Shown: positions 16,074 to 27,971, counted from the stretch's first letter. The stretch: 64,000 nucleotides of DNA from Escherichia coli (GCF_051903065.1 NZ_CP178438.1), one strand, 5' to 3'. Translations and numbers: made by a program. The notes: generated by a model not told the origin, from the letters alone.

Positions 16074-17447
16074 ATGCGCATTCATATTTTAGGAATTTGT
16101 GGCACGTTTATGGGCGGTCTGGCGATGCTGGCGCGCCAGTTAGGCCATGAAGTAACGGGTTCGGACGCCAATGTGTATCCGCCGATGAGCACCTTACTTG
16201 AGAAGCAAGGCATTGAACTGATTCAGGGTTACGATGCCAGCCAGCTCGATCCGCAGCCGGATCTGGTGATTATTGGCAACGCCATGACCCGTGGAAATCC
16301 GTGTGTGGAAGCGGTACTGGAAAAAAACATCCCTTATATGTCAGGTCCACAGTGGCTGCACGATTTTGTGCTGCGCGACCGCTGGGTGCTGGCCGTTGCC
16401 GGTACACACGGCAAAACCACCACCGCGGGAATGGCGACCTGGATTCTGGAACAGTGTGGTTACAAACCGGGCTTTGTAATCGGCGGTGTGCCGGGGAACT
16501 TTGAGGTTTCGGCGCGTCTGGGCGAAAGCGACTTCTTTGTTATCGAAGCGGATGAGTACGACTGCGCCTTCTTCGACAAACGCTCTAAATTTGTCCATTA
16601 CTGCCCGCGTACGCTGATCCTCAACAACCTTGAGTTCGATCACGCCGATATCTTTGACGACCTGAAAGCGATCCAGAAACAGTTCCACCATCTGGTGCGT
16701 ATCGTTCCGGGGCAGGGGCGTATTATCTGGCCGGAAAACGACATCAACCTGAAACAGACCATGACAATGGGCTGCTGGAGCGAGCAGGAGCTGGTGGGCG
16801 AGCAGGGCCACTGGCAGGCGAAAAAGCTGACGACTGATGCTTCTCAATGGGAAGTCTTGCTGGACGGCGAAAAAGTGGGCGAAGTGAAATGGTCGCTGGT
16901 GGGCGAACATAATATGCACAATGGCCTGATGGCGATTGCGGCGGCGCGCCATGTTGGCGTGGCTCCGGCAGATGCCGCTAACGCGCTGGGTTCGTTTATT
17001 AACGCCCGTCGCCGTCTGGAGTTGCGCGGTGAAGCAAATGGCGTGACGGTGTATGACGATTTTGCCCATCACCCAACGGCAATTCTGGCAACGCTTGCGG
17101 CGCTGCGTGGCAAAGTTGGCGGTACGGCGCGCATTATTGCTGTGCTGGAACCGCGCTCGAATACCATGAAAATGGGGATCTGCAAAGACGATTTGGCACC
17201 TTCATTAGGTCGTGCCGATGAAGTCTTCCTGCTGCAACCGGCACATATTCCGTGGCAGGTGGCAGAAGTGGCAGAAGCCTGCGTTCAGCCTGCACACTGG
17301 AGTGGCGATGTGGATACGCTGGCAGATATGGTGGTGAAAACCGCTCAGCCTGGCGACCATATTCTGGTGATGAGCAACGGCGGTTTTGGTGGGATCCATC
17401 AGAAACTGCTGGATGGTCTGGCGAAGAAGGCGGAAGCTGCGCAGTAA
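16074..17447 (+). CDS. mpl: UDP-N-acetylmuramate:L-alanyl-gamma-D-glutamyl-meso-diaminopimelate ligase
   Basis: 457-aa Mur ligase family ORF with GTHGKTTT P-loop. Confidence 0.95.
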   Translation: MRIHILGICGTFMGGLAMLARQLGHEVTGSDANVYPPMSTLLEKQGIELIQGYDASQLDPQPDLVIIGNAMTRGNPCVEAVLEKNIPYMSGPQWLHDFVLRDRWVLAVAGTHGKTTTAGMATWILEQCGYKPGFVIGGVPGNFEVSARLGESDFFVIEADEYDCAFFDKRSKFVHYCPRTLILNNLEFDHADIFDDLKAIQKQFHHLVRIVPGQGRIIWPENDINLKQTMTMGCWSEQELVGEQGHWQAKKLTTDASQWEVLLDGEKVGEVKWSLVGEHNMHNGLMAIAAARHVGVAPADAANALGSFINARRRLELRGEANGVTVYDDFAHHPTAILATLAALRGKVGGTARIIAVLEPRSNTMKMGICKDDLAPSLGRADEVFLLQPAHIPWQVAEVAEACVQPAHWSGDVDTLADMVVKTAQPGDHILVMSNGGFGGIHQKLLDGLAKKAEAAQ

Positions 17448-17454
17448 TTCGGCC

Positions 17455-17570
17455 TCAGCCTGAGATAGTGTGCGTAGGCCGGATAAGGCGTTCACGCCGC
17501 ATCCGGCATTTGAGCATAGTGCCTGATGCGACGCTTGATGCGTCTTATCAGGCCTACAGGTGCACCGCAT
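17455..17570. repeat. REP/BIME palindromic elements
   Basis: gtaggccggataaggcgttcacgccgcatccggca and gcctgatgcgacgcttgatgcgtcttatcaggcctac. Confidence 0.65.
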
Positions 17571-17602
17571 CCGGCAAACCATACTCACATCAACAACGAA
17601 AA

Positions 17603-18154
17603 TTACCCTTCATTCTCCGCCAGTTCGCGCAGATACTGGAAAATCTGGCGTGCGGATTTCGGCGGCTTATTCCCTTCTTTCTCTTTCTTCGCGTTGCGGA
17701 TCAGAGTACGCAGTTGCTGACGATCGGCATCGGGCCACAGATTTAATACCTCAGCGATGGCGTCATCACCTTGATCGATCAGACGATCGCGCAGGTTTTC
17801 CAGTTTATGGAACAGCACCACCTGCTGATTGTGACGGTTTTTCAGCTTATCCAGCGCCTGACGAATAGGCTCTACGTCGCGCTGGCGCAGCATCTTACCG
17901 ATGAGCTGCAACTGGCGGCGGCGACCTTCCATCTTAATACGCTGGGCGAGCTCAATAGCCGCGCGCAGATCCGCATCTAACGGGATCTTATCCAGCGCGT
18001 TTTTCCCCAGATCAACAATTTCCGCGCCAAGGCGTTTTAGCTCCTCGGCATCACGTTTAATTTCACTTTTACTGACCCAGATAATTTCATCGTCTTCGTC
18101 TTCGATGTCATCACCGGGAACGTCGTCGAGCCAGTCTTCGGGCTGCTTAGTCAT
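17603..18154 (-). CDS. yjgA: ribosome-associated DUF615 protein YjgA (DarP)
   Basis: 183-aa ORF with acidic N-terminus; synteny between mpl and pmbA. Confidence 0.9.
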
Positions 18155-18247
18155 CTCAGGCTCCTTAAAAAAAGAGGCTAATGTTACCAGTTAAGATGCG
18201 CACTGAAAAACGGTTCTCTGTTAGACTTCAGAGAAACTCTCTACATT

Positions 18248-19600
18248 ATGGCACTTGCAATGAAAGTAATCTCTCAAGTTGAAGCGCAGCGCAAGATTCT
18301 GGAAGAAGCAGTTTCCACTGCGCTGGAGTTGGCCTCAGGCAAATCGGACGGTGCGGAAGTTGCCGTCAGCAAGACCACCGGCATTAGCGTAAGCACGCGT
18401 TATGGTGAAGTGGAGAATGTTGAATTCAATAGCGATGGCGCGCTGGGGATCACTGTTTATCACCAGAACCGCAAAGGTAGCGCATCATCCACCGATTTAA
18501 GCCCGCAGGCCATTGCCCGTACTGTACAGGCGGCGCTGGATATTGCCCGTTATACCTCGCCAGATCCCTGTGCCGGCGTGGCAGACAAAGAGCTGCTGGC
18601 CTTTGACGCACCAGATCTCGACTTGTTCCACCCTGCGGAAGTTTCCCCGGATGAAGCCATTGAACTGGCGGCCCGCGCAGAACAGGCGGCATTGCAGGCG
18701 GACAAACGTATTACCAATACCGAAGGCGGCTGCTTTAACAGCCACTACGGTGTCAAAGTTTTTGGCAACAGCCACGGCATGTTGCAGGGTTACTGCTCAA
18801 CGCGTCATTCGCTCTCCAGCTGTGTAATTGCCGAAGAAAATGGCGATATGGAGCGTGATTACGCCTACACCATTGGTCGTGCGATGAGCGATCTGCAAAC
18901 GCCAGAGTGGGTTGGGGCCGACTGTGCTCGCCGTACTTTATCGCGCCTGTCACCGCGTAAACTCTCCACCATGAAAGCGCCGGTCATTTTTGCCAATGAA
19001 GTGGCAACCGGGCTTTTTGGGCATCTGGTGGGGGCGATAGCGGGTGGATCGGTTTACCGTAAATCTACCTTCCTGCTGGATTCGCTGGGTAAACAAATTC
19101 TGCCGGACTGGCTGACCATTGAAGAGCATCCGCATCTGCTGAAAGGGCTGGCGTCGACGCCATTCGACAGCGAAGGTGTGCGCACCGAGCGTCGCGATAT
19201 TATTAAAGATGGCATCCTGACTCAGTGGCTGCTGACCAGCTATTCGGCGCGAAAACTGGGGCTGAAAAGCACCGGACATGCGGGCGGTATTCACAACTGG
19301 CGGATTGCCGGACAAGGTCTAAGCTTCGAACAAATGCTCAAAGAGATGGGCACCGGGCTGGTGGTGACGGAGCTGATGGGCCAGGGCGTGAGTGCCATTA
19401 CCGGTGATTATTCCCGTGGTGCGGCGGGCTTCTGGGTAGAAAACGGCGAAATTCAGTATCCGGTTAGCGAAATCACCATCGCAGGTAATTTAAAAGATAT
19501 GTGGCGCAATATTGTCACCGTCGGTAACGATATTGAAACACGCAGTAATATACAGTGTGGTTCTGTGCTGTTGCCGGAGATGAAAATCGCCGGACAGTAA
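18248..19600 (+). CDS. pmbA: metalloprotease PmbA (TldE)
   Basis: 450-aa ORF, TldD/PmbA family. Confidence 0.95.
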   Translation: MALAMKVISQVEAQRKILEEAVSTALELASGKSDGAEVAVSKTTGISVSTRYGEVENVEFNSDGALGITVYHQNRKGSASSTDLSPQAIARTVQAALDIARYTSPDPCAGVADKELLAFDAPDLDLFHPAEVSPDEAIELAARAEQAALQADKRITNTEGGCFNSHYGVKVFGNSHGMLQGYCSTRHSLSSCVIAEENGDMERDYAYTIGRAMSDLQTPEWVGADCARRTLSRLSPRKLSTMKAPVIFANEVATGLFGHLVGAIAGGSVYRKSTFLLDSLGKQILPDWLTIEEHPHLLKGLASTPFDSEGVRTERRDIIKDGILTQWLLTSYSARKLGLKSTGHAGGIHNWRIAGQGLSFEQMLKEMGTGLVVTELMGQGVSAITGDYSRGAAGFWVENGEIQYPVSEITIAGNLKDMWRNIVTVGNDIETRSNIQCGSVLLPEMKIAGQ

Positions 19601-19780
19601 AAAAACTGGCGCGACCTGCCGCGCTATAAACTAAAAAATTACACAAAATCATTCGCACTGCATCGAGACGGAAAGTGAATGAGGGCCGGGGAGCGTACTC
19701 GCAGTACGTGACCCGGTCGAATGAGCGTAGTCGTCGATGAGGCAGTGTGAAGGATGAAGTGTAAATAAAAAAGGAAGTGA

Positions 19781-20170
<390 letters not shown>

Positions 20171-20214
20171 TTCCTTATTTCCCTGTTGCCTGCACTCAGG
20201 TAACAGGGAACTTA

Positions 20215-20679
20215 TCATCGCAAATGATGCACCACCTGATTGCTGCTGCCGCGCCAGATCAGGGAAGGGTCTTTTAAATCCTGCACAAATTTGCCGTCGA
20301 CCAGCACGTTAATCAAATCAACAACCTGCATTTGCGCAGCGTTGAGTTCGTCGAGTTTATAGCCTGTCCACACCCAGATGTCTTTACCCGGACACTCGGC
20401 GCGGATGCGTTGTACCAGTTTCAGAATATCCGGCACGTTTTGCGGATGCAGCGGATCGCCGCCGGAGAGGGAAATACCCTGGCGTTTGATACGAGTGTCA
20501 TTCAGATCGTTAATGATCTGGTCTTCCATTGCTTTGGTAAATGGCTGACCGGAATTTACCCGCCATGTGCTTTTGTTATAGCAACCGGGGCATTCATGAA
20601 CACACCCGGAGACAAACAGGGTGCAGCGAGTGCCGGGGCCGTTGACGATGTCGACAGGATAGTACTGATGATAATTCAT
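20215..20679 (-). CDS. nrdG: anaerobic ribonucleotide reductase activating protein (radical SAM)
   Basis: 154-aa ORF with CxxxCxxC motif (CVHECPGCYN). Confidence 0.95.
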   Translation of the reverse strand: MNYHQYYPVDIVNGPGTRCTLFVSGCVHECPGCYNKSTWRVNSGQPFTKAMEDQIINDLNDTRIKRQGISLSGGDPLHPQNVPDILKLVQRIRAECPGKDIWVWTGYKLDELNAAQMQVVDLINVLVDGKFVQDLKDPSLIWRGSSNQVVHHLR

Positions 20680-20724
20680 TATTTCGCCTGGCTTATCAGT
20701 CCGCGTGTAGGCTGCATCTGGTAA

Positions 20725-20860
20725 TCAATGCCTGATGCGACGCTGTCGCGTCTTATCAGGCCTACAGCCGTTGCCAAATGTAGGCCGGATAAGGCGTTTA
20801 CGCTGCATCCGGCAATCAACGCGGGATGCGACGCTTTCACATCACATCCGGCATTTGCTT
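20725..20860. repeat. REP/BIME palindromic elements
   Basis: gcctgatgcgacgctgtcgcgtcttatcaggcctac and gtaggccggataaggcgtttacgctgcatccggca. Confidence 0.65.
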
Positions 20861-20868
20861 AGTGCAGA

Positions 20869-23007
20869 TCAACCTATCTGCCCATTTCCCAAATGTTTAA
20901 CGCGGCGCTTAACTTCTTCCTGCTTGCCGGCGTTAAACGGACGTGCATCCGGGCTACCTAAATATCCGCACACGCGGCGAGTTACCGACACACGGGAGGC
21001 GTCATGGTTACCACATTTCGGGCAAGTGAAGCCTTTGCTGGTGCATTCGAACTCACCGGTAAAGCCACACTCGTAGCACTCATCAATCGGTGTATTGGTG
21101 CCGTAATACGGTACATGCTGATAGCTGTAATCCCAGACATCTTCCAGCGCCTTCAGGTTGTGCTGAATGTTTGGATACTCGCCGTAGCAAATGAAACCAC
21201 CGTTCGCCAGCGGCGGGTAAGGCGCTTCAAAGTCGATCTTGTCGTACGGGTTCACCTTCTTCTCCACATCGAGGTGGAAACTGTTGGTGTAGTAACCTTT
21301 ATCGGTCACGCCCGGCACCACGCCAAACTCAGCAGTATCGAGACGGCAGAAGCGGTCGCACAGGTTTTCACTCGGCGTGCTGTAGAGACTGAAACCATAA
21401 CCCGTTTCTTCTTTCCACTGATCCACTGCCTGACGTAGACGTTCAACAATGGCGATACCTTTCGCGCGAAGCTGCTCGTTGTCGTAAACATGTTCGCCGC
21501 CGAACAGCGCGTTAATGGTTTCGTGGATGCCGATGTAACCCAGCGAAATAGACGCACGACCGTTTTTGAAGATTTCAGAAACATCATCGTCAGCATTGAG
21601 ACGCACGCCACAAGCACCTTCCATATAGAGGATCGGGGCCACGCGCGCTTTCACGCCTTCGAGACGAGCGATACGGGTCATCAGCGCCTTACGTGCCAGC
21701 ACCAGACGTTCATCCAGCAGCTTCCAGAAGGTGGCTTCATCGCCTTTTGCTTCCAGAGCAATACGCGGCAGGTTCAGGCTGATCACGCCGAGGTTGTTAC
21801 GACCATCGTGGATCTGCTCGCCGTTTTCATTTTCCCACACGCCGAGGAAGCTGCGGCAGCCCATCGGAGTTTTAAACGAACCGGTGACTTTCACTACCTG
21901 ATCGTAGTTCAGGATATCCGGATACATGCGCTTGCTTGCGCACTCCAGCGCCAGCTGTTTGATGTCGTAGTTCGGATCGCCTTTTTTATGGTTCAGGCCA
22001 TCGCGAATCGCAAACACCAGTTTCGGGAACACCGCAGTTTTACGGTTTTTACCGAGGCCTGCGATACGGTTACGCAGGATCGATTCCTGAATCAGGCGCG
22101 ATTCCCAGCTGGTGCCCAGGCCAAAACCAAAGGTTACAAACGGCGTCTGACCGTTGGCGGTGTGCAGGGTGTTTACTTCGTACTCCAGTGACTGGAAGGC
22201 ATCGTAGCACTCTTTGATGGTTCGAGAGTTAGCGTAGCCTTCGGCGTCCGGGATGTTCCACTCTTCTGCGGTCTTGCGATGTTTGTTGTAGCTGGCAGTG
22301 ACAAACGGTGCCAGCACTTCATCGATACGGTTAATGGTGGTGCCGCCATAAATATGGCTGGCAACCTGAGCAATAATCTGCGCAGTTACCGCGGTTGCCG
22401 TAGAGATCGACTTCGGCGGTTCAATCTCGGCGTTCCCCATTTTAAAGCCCTGGGTCAGCATGCCTTTCAGGTCGATCAACATGCAGTTGAACATCGGGAA
22501 GAACGGTGAGTAATCGAGATCGTGATAGTGAATATCGCCACGCTCATGTGCCTGCACCACGTCACGCGGCAGCAGGTGCTGACGTGCATAGTGTTTAGCC
22601 ACGATCCCGGCCAGCAGGTCGCGCTGGGTTGGAATCACCTTGCTGTCTTTGTTGGCGTTTTCGTTGAGTAACGAGGCGTTGGTCTGCTCGACCAGACCAC
22701 GGATCTCCTGATTCAGGCGACCGCGTTTTTCACGTTCAATGTCGCGATCGTGACGGTACTCGATGTAAGCACGAGCCAGTTGTTTGTATGGACCTGACAT
22801 CAGCTGGTTTTCAACTGCGGTCTGGATCTCATTGATATCCACCTGGTTGCGGCCCTGCATCTGCTCGCTGACAACCGCGGCAACAGTGGCGCAATAATCG
22901 GCATCATCGACTTCCGCTGCTTTAGCTGCACGCAGAATCGCTTCTTTGATGCGCTCTGATTTAAACGGCACTTTGCAGCCGTCTCGTTTCATCACATGCG
23001 GTGTCAT
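20869..23007 (-). CDS. nrdD: anaerobic ribonucleoside-triphosphate reductase
   Basis: 712-aa ORF with C-terminal glycyl radical motif region and Zn-ribbon cysteines. Confidence 0.95.
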   Translation of the reverse strand: MTPHVMKRDGCKVPFKSERIKEAILRAAKAAEVDDADYCATVAAVVSEQMQGRNQVDINEIQTAVENQLMSGPYKQLARAYIEYRHDRDIEREKRGRLNQEIRGLVEQTNASLLNENANKDSKVIPTQRDLLAGIVAKHYARQHLLPRDVVQAHERGDIHYHDLDYSPFFPMFNCMLIDLKGMLTQGFKMGNAEIEPPKSISTATAVTAQIIAQVASHIYGGTTINRIDEVLAPFVTASYNKHRKTAEEWNIPDAEGYANSRTIKECYDAFQSLEYEVNTLHTANGQTPFVTFGFGLGTSWESRLIQESILRNRIAGLGKNRKTAVFPKLVFAIRDGLNHKKGDPNYDIKQLALECASKRMYPDILNYDQVVKVTGSFKTPMGCRSFLGVWENENGEQIHDGRNNLGVISLNLPRIALEAKGDEATFWKLLDERLVLARKALMTRIARLEGVKARVAPILYMEGACGVRLNADDDVSEIFKNGRASISLGYIGIHETINALFGGEHVYDNEQLRAKGIAIVERLRQAVDQWKEETGYGFSLYSTPSENLCDRFCRLDTAEFGVVPGVTDKGYYTNSFHLDVEKKVNPYDKIDFEAPYPPLANGGFICYGEYPNIQHNLKALEDVWDYSYQHVPYYGTNTPIDECYECGFTGEFECTSKGFTCPKCGNHDASRVSVTRRVCGYLGSPDARPFNAGKQEEVKRRVKHLGNGQIG

Positions 23008-23242
23008 GATCGCTCCATATTTTTAAGAACAGGTTATCCACAGAAATTGGGAAAGACGTTTTCCGGTTTTTTCGTTTCGTTTTCCGGTGCTTTCCGCAAT
23101 CGCCATCCGCTTATCCACAACGCCGCACCTTTTTCGTGGGGAGCTGTAGTAGCAATTATAGTCGATTAATACAACATATTGGGTTAGGACGCATTTTAAA
23201 GTCTATATATAGTGCTTTGCATCAAGGATGTTTGAACTTTTT

Positions 23243-23256
23243 TTGATGTAGCTCAA
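23243..23256. promoter_or_regulatory. possible FNR-type half-palindrome (TTGAT-N4-CTCAA) in the nrdDG upstream region
   Basis: ttgatgtagctcaa seen about 235 bp upstream of nrdD start; nrdDG is known to be FNR activated; site assignment unverified. Confidence 0.3.
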
Positions 23257-23400
23257 AGTAAAAAGCAGAGCGTACGGATGACGGGCGCTACAGCGTTATG
23301 TAAATTTTTTAATGAATTTGCTGGTTGAAAAATCAACAAAAACAACATGCTGACAGACAAAACCCCGGAATGACCGGCATTACCGGGGCTTAGGGAAGAT

Positions 23401-25056
23401 TTACTTCTGTAACCACCAGACAGCCTCAAAAGGCCGTAAATTCATGGCACAGGGTTGTGGTGAGGCTTCTTCGTAGTTATGCATCACAAGCTGCCAGTTG
23501 CCGCGCATTTGCTCTGGCTGCCAGGGTTGGATCTCACGGCTAAGGTTGGCAATGACCAGCAAGGTTTGCCCCTTCCATTCACGGCGATAGCACCACAATA
23601 CAGGGCTGTTTGGCAGCAGATCCTGGTAATTGCCCCATGTCAGAACGGCTTCTTGCTTACGCAGTGCGATTAACTTTTGGTAGGTGTAAAACACCGAGGA
23701 ATCATCGGCCAGCGCGGCTTCTACGTTAATTTGTTGATAGTTATCGCTCAGGCCAATCCACGGTTCGCCAGCCGTAAACCCGGCATTATCGCCGTTGCTC
23801 CATTGCATGGGCGTGCGACTGTTGTCACGGGATTTACTGGCGAGGATTGCCAATAACGCGTCGGCATCACGCCCATCGTTGCGCAGCTCGGCAAACATAT
23901 TGAGGCTCTCTACGTCGCGATAGTCAGTAATGCGCGTGAAATGCGGGTTGGTCATGCCAATCTCTTCGCCCTGGTAGATATACGGCGTTCCCTGCATGCC
24001 ATGCAGCACCATCGCCAGCATTTTTGCCGCAGGCACGCGGTATTCACCTTCATCACCAAAGCGAGAAACAATGCGCGGCTGATCGTGGTTACACCAGAAC
24101 AAGGCATTCCATGCCACGTTGTGCATTCCTTGTTGCCAGTGGCGGAACAATGTTTTCAACGCCACAAAGTCAGGTTTAGCCAGCGTCCATTTTTCACCAC
24201 CGGGATAATCGACCTTCAGGTGATGAAAATTAAAGGTCATCGACAATTCACTGCCTGTCAGAGCCGCGTATCGCTGGCAATGCTCAAGGCTGGTGGAGGA
24301 CATTTCACCTACGGTCATTAACCCGCGTGGCGTAAACACATCGCGGTTCATCTCGTGCAAAAACTCGTGTGCTCGTGGCCCGTCGGTGTAGAAGCGACGC
24401 CCGTCGCCGTCCAGGTCTTCAGGGAAACGCGGGTCTTTGGAGATCAGATTCACCACATCCAGGCGCAACCCGTCGACCCCACGATCGGCCCAGAACTCAC
24501 AGACTTTTTTCAGCTCTGCGCGTACCGCTGGATTCTCCCAGTTGAGATCCGCCTGTTCTGGTGCAAAGAGATGCAAATAGTACTGTTCGCTTTCCGCATG
24601 CCAGCGCCACGCACTACCGCCAAATTTTGAACGCCAGTTGTTCGGTGGCGTTTCTGGTTCGCCATCGCGCCAGATATAAAACTGGCGGTAAGGGCTTTCT
24701 TTGTTCAGCGCCTCGCGAAACCAGGCATGTTGGGTAGAGGTATGGTTAAACACCATATCGAGAATGATACGAATCCCGCGAGATTTTGCCTGCGTCACCA
24801 GTTCGTCAAAATCGTCCAGCGTGCCGTAGGTGGGATCAATCGCCGTATAGTTCGCTACATCGTAACCGTTATCGACCTGCGGAGAGACATAAAAGGGGGT
24901 TAGCCAGATGGCATCAACGCCCAGTTTATGCAGATAGTCCAGGCGTTGGATAACGCCACGTAAATCGCCGGTGCCGCTACCCGTGGTGTCCTGAAAACTC
25001 TTTGGATAAATCTGGTAGATAACGCCGTTTTGCCACCAGTGGGGAAGATTAGTCAT
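23401..25056 (-). CDS. treC: trehalose-6-phosphate hydrolase
   Basis: MTNLPHWWQNGVIYQIYPKSF... GH13 family; 551 aa from ATG at 25056. Confidence 0.95.
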   Translation of the reverse strand: MTNLPHWWQNGVIYQIYPKSFQDTTGSGTGDLRGVIQRLDYLHKLGVDAIWLTPFYVSPQVDNGYDVANYTAIDPTYGTLDDFDELVTQAKSRGIRIILDMVFNHTSTQHAWFREALNKESPYRQFYIWRDGEPETPPNNWRSKFGGSAWRWHAESEQYYLHLFAPEQADLNWENPAVRAELKKVCEFWADRGVDGLRLDVVNLISKDPRFPEDLDGDGRRFYTDGPRAHEFLHEMNRDVFTPRGLMTVGEMSSTSLEHCQRYAALTGSELSMTFNFHHLKVDYPGGEKWTLAKPDFVALKTLFRHWQQGMHNVAWNALFWCNHDQPRIVSRFGDEGEYRVPAAKMLAMVLHGMQGTPYIYQGEEIGMTNPHFTRITDYRDVESLNMFAELRNDGRDADALLAILASKSRDNSRTPMQWSNGDNAGFTAGEPWIGLSDNYQQINVEAALADDSSVFYTYQKLIALRKQEAVLTWGNYQDLLPNSPVLWCYRREWKGQTLLVIANLSREIQPWQPEQMRGNWQLVMHNYEEASPQPCAMNLRPFEAVWWLQK

Positions 25057-25105
25057 TACGTTATTCCTGCAAATGCGAGGGGGCGCAATTGCGCCCCGAA
25101 GAAAA

Positions 25106-26527
25106 TTAAACAATGTCCAGCGTGCCCAGGCGGTATTTCCGCTGATAGATAAACGAGGTGAGTACAATCGGGATGATGATGGCGATAGCCATTGCCAGCG
25201 CAAACACCTGCCAGTAGCTCGGTTGAATCGAGAGAATTCCCGGCAGGCCGCCTACGCCGATGCCATTCGCCATAACGCCGTTCAGGCCACATAGCAATCC
25301 TGCCAGACCAGAACCAATCATCGCGCACAGCATCGGGAAGCGATATTTCAGGTTGATGCCGTACATTGCAGGCTCAGTGACCCCAAGCCAGGCGGAGATC
25401 GCCGCAGGCACGGAGATCTCGCGTTCATTGTGCTTGCGGCTGGAAATGATAATGCCTATCACGGCGGAGCCCTGAGCGATATTCGACAGCGCAATCAGCG
25501 GCCACACTGGCGTACCACCCATGCTTTGAATCATCTGCAAATCAATAGCAAGCGTGGTCTGGTGTACCCCGGTGATCACCAGCGGGGCGTACAGGAAGCC
25601 AAACAATGCCGCGCCAATCGGAGCAAAGCTGCCGGTCATCAGGTGACGTACCGCAAAGGCAACACCATCGCCAATCATGCGACCAAACGGACCAATCAGC
25701 GCATGGGCGAGGAACACCGCGAGGATCAGCGAACAGACGGGCACCACCACCAGATAGAGGTAATCTGGCACGATGCGTTTAAGGCGAGTTTCAATAACGC
25801 CCAGTGCCAGCCCGGCTAACAGTGCCGGGATCACCTGTGCCTGATAGCCCACTTTGGCGATGCTGAACATGCCAAAGTCCCATACTTCCGGCAGCTGCTG
25901 CCCGAGCAGATAAGCGTTCATCAGTTGGGGGGAAACCAGTGTCACGCCAAGCACGATACCAAGGATCGGCGTGCCGCCCATTTTTTTCACCGCTGACCAG
26001 CAAATCCCGACCGGCAGGTAGAAGAAGATCGCTTCACCGATCAACCACAGAAAATCGTAGATCGTTTGCAGGGAAGGGTACATTTGTGCCAGCGTTTGAC
26101 CGTTGCTCATGGGCAAATCGCCGATCACATTGCGAAAACCGAGGATCAAACCGCCGCTAATCAACGCGGGCAGCAACGGGAAGAAGATCTCTGCGAAATG
26201 AGAGATCAACTGCTCATGCCATTTCATATTCTGCCGGGCGGCTTTTTTTACCTGCTCTTTATCAACCTGCGCCTGTCCGGTTGACGCTATCAGTGCTTGA
26301 TAGTAATCACCCACGTTGGTGCCAATCACCACCTGAAATTGCCCGGCATTGGTGAAACAGCCTTTCACCATGGGGAGTTGCTCAATTTCTTTCGGTCTGG
26401 CATTGGCCGGTTGGTTGAGGACAAAGCGCAGGCGAGTAATACAGTGGCTCACCGTCGCAATATTGCCGCGCCCGCCGACCAGTTCAATCAACCGATCGAT
26501 ATCCGTTTGGTTTATTTTGCTCATCAT
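25106..26527 (-). CDS. treB: PTS trehalose-specific EIIBC component
   Basis: 473-aa ORF with N-terminal EIIB cysteine motif (CITRLR) and EIIC membrane domain. Confidence 0.95.
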   Translation of the reverse strand: MMSKINQTDIDRLIELVGGRGNIATVSHCITRLRFVLNQPANARPKEIEQLPMVKGCFTNAGQFQVVIGTNVGDYYQALIASTGQAQVDKEQVKKAARQNMKWHEQLISHFAEIFFPLLPALISGGLILGFRNVIGDLPMSNGQTLAQMYPSLQTIYDFLWLIGEAIFFYLPVGICWSAVKKMGGTPILGIVLGVTLVSPQLMNAYLLGQQLPEVWDFGMFSIAKVGYQAQVIPALLAGLALGVIETRLKRIVPDYLYLVVVPVCSLILAVFLAHALIGPFGRMIGDGVAFAVRHLMTGSFAPIGAALFGFLYAPLVITGVHQTTLAIDLQMIQSMGGTPVWPLIALSNIAQGSAVIGIIISSRKHNEREISVPAAISAWLGVTEPAMYGINLKYRFPMLCAMIGSGLAGLLCGLNGVMANGIGVGGLPGILSIQPSYWQVFALAMAIAIIIPIVLTSFIYQRKYRLGTLDIV

Positions 26528-26592
26528 AAAGCCCCATGGCAGATGACATTTTTGGTTGGCTGCAGAATATATTGCGCGGAAAAATTTAAAAA

Positions 26593-26606
26593 CGGGAACG
26601 TTCCCG
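26593..26606. promoter_or_regulatory. palindromic operator candidate (TreR site) in treB promoter region
   Basis: Perfect palindrome cgggaacgttcccg between treR and treB. Confidence 0.5.
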
Positions 26607-26645
26607 AAACGCAGCGAAGATCACAATTTATCGTTCAGGAAACGA

Positions 26646-27593
26646 TCAGGACAGGGTGGCGGGGATGATGATTTGTTGCGGTTCGCTGCGCCCGGTTACC
26701 TGTGCGATCAACTGGCAGGCCGCCTGGCGTCCAGCTTCGGCGTAACCGGGATCTACGGTGACGATCTCCGGATGGAGGAATTTCATTAACGGCGTATTAC
26801 CGACGCTCGCCAGTTGCAAGGTGTCGATGCGTTGCTCTTGCAGGTATTTACTTGCGCCAAGTGCCAGCGTGTCGGTTGCGCACAGTAAGGCGGTAGTTTC
26901 AGGCGTAATCACTTTTGCTACGTTCTCATAGCCTTGCTTCATAGCAAGGCCTGGCAGGGCGGCAACGGGATGCAGTTTATGCGCTTTGCAGAACGCCAGG
27001 TAGGCTTCGTGACGTCGCTTACCGGTTGTCACGTCACTGTGCGGCACGCCGAGATAACTGATATTACGATGCCCCTGGTCATACAGCCGTTGCATCAGGA
27101 TCTTGATTGCCCCTTCGTCGTCATAACAGACCGAAGCAAAGCCTTTTGCGTCACGCGCCAGCAGAACCAGCGATGACTGCCAGTGGGCTAACATTTCTTC
27201 TGTTATGCCAGTAAAACCGAACAGCACTACGCCGTCGATATTACGCCGTTTCAGCACCCCCAAATGTTCGGCAACTAATTGCGGGGAAAACTGACTTTCC
27301 ATCATGATTGGGTCGTAACCTTGTTCATAGAACGCTGGCAGCATGGTTTGAACGGCGAGATTTTCTGACAACGAATCCAGACGGGTAACAATGATGGCGA
27401 CCACTTTATCGCTTTGCCCACGCATAGCGCGCGCAGAACGGGAAGGGGAAAATCCATGCTGATTCATCACTGCTTCAACACGCTCGCGCGTGCGCTGGCT
27501 CACGCCGCTTTCGTTATTCAGCACCCGGGAAACCGTAGATTTCCCCACGCCGCTTAAGCGCGCGATGTCTTTGATGGTCAGCCGATTTTGCAT
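26646..27593 (-). CDS. treR: trehalose operon repressor (LacI family)
   Basis: 315-aa ORF with N-terminal HTH (IKDIARLSGVGKSTVSRVLN). Confidence 0.95.
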   Translation of the reverse strand: MQNRLTIKDIARLSGVGKSTVSRVLNNESGVSQRTRERVEAVMNQHGFSPSRSARAMRGQSDKVVAIIVTRLDSLSENLAVQTMLPAFYEQGYDPIMMESQFSPQLVAEHLGVLKRRNIDGVVLFGFTGITEEMLAHWQSSLVLLARDAKGFASVCYDDEGAIKILMQRLYDQGHRNISYLGVPHSDVTTGKRRHEAYLAFCKAHKLHPVAALPGLAMKQGYENVAKVITPETTALLCATDTLALGASKYLQEQRIDTLQLASVGNTPLMKFLHPEIVTVDPGYAEAGRQAACQLIAQVTGRSEPQQIIIPATLS

Positions 27594-27667
27594 CCTGTTG
27601 TCCTGTAACGTGTTGTTTAATTATTTGAGCCTAACTTTACCCGTGCATTCAGCAATGGGTAAAGTCT

Positions 27668-27684
27668 GGTTTATCGTTGGTTTA
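27668..27684 (+). promoter_or_regulatory. PhoP box direct repeat upstream of mgtA
   Basis: GGTTTA-tcgtt-GGTTTA direct repeat matches the PhoP box consensus. Confidence 0.6.
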
Positions 27685-27777
27685 GTTGCCAGCAGGTATT
27701 ATATCGCCATAGATGCTACGAATATTATTGGATTCTCCTTATTATTTGCGGCGCTTTTTTCACTTACCGGAGGTTAT

Positions 27778-27831
27778 ATGGAACCTGATCCCACGCCTCT
27801 CCCTCGACGGAGATTAAAACTTTTCCGGTAA
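27778..27831 (+). CDS. mgtL: proline-rich leader peptide MgtL of the mgtA Mg2+-sensing leader
   Basis: 17-codon [20 protein letters not shown] in the mgtA 5' leader. Confidence 0.8.
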
Positions 27832-27971
27832 GCCCGTCTTTTCACGGCGTTACCGGATGCGTAAGGCCGTGACGTTTTAACGTCCCTGCTCAGCTTTATT
27901 ACCTTCAGGTAAGGCTTCGCCACGCCTGAAGACATTTCTGTACTGTTTCAGACAGTGCGGAGGGACTCCTT

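Noticed and set aside
16341-17072. 243-aa minus-strand ORF inside mpl
   Set aside because: Antisense artefact within a conserved Mur ligase gene.
21490-22191. 233-aa plus-strand ORF inside nrdD
   Set aside because: Antisense to nrdD.
27490-27831. 113-aa plus-strand ORF upstream of mgtA
   Set aside because: Only its last 17 codons correspond to the real leader peptide MgtL; the upstream extension overlaps the treR 5' end and lacks a plausible RBS.
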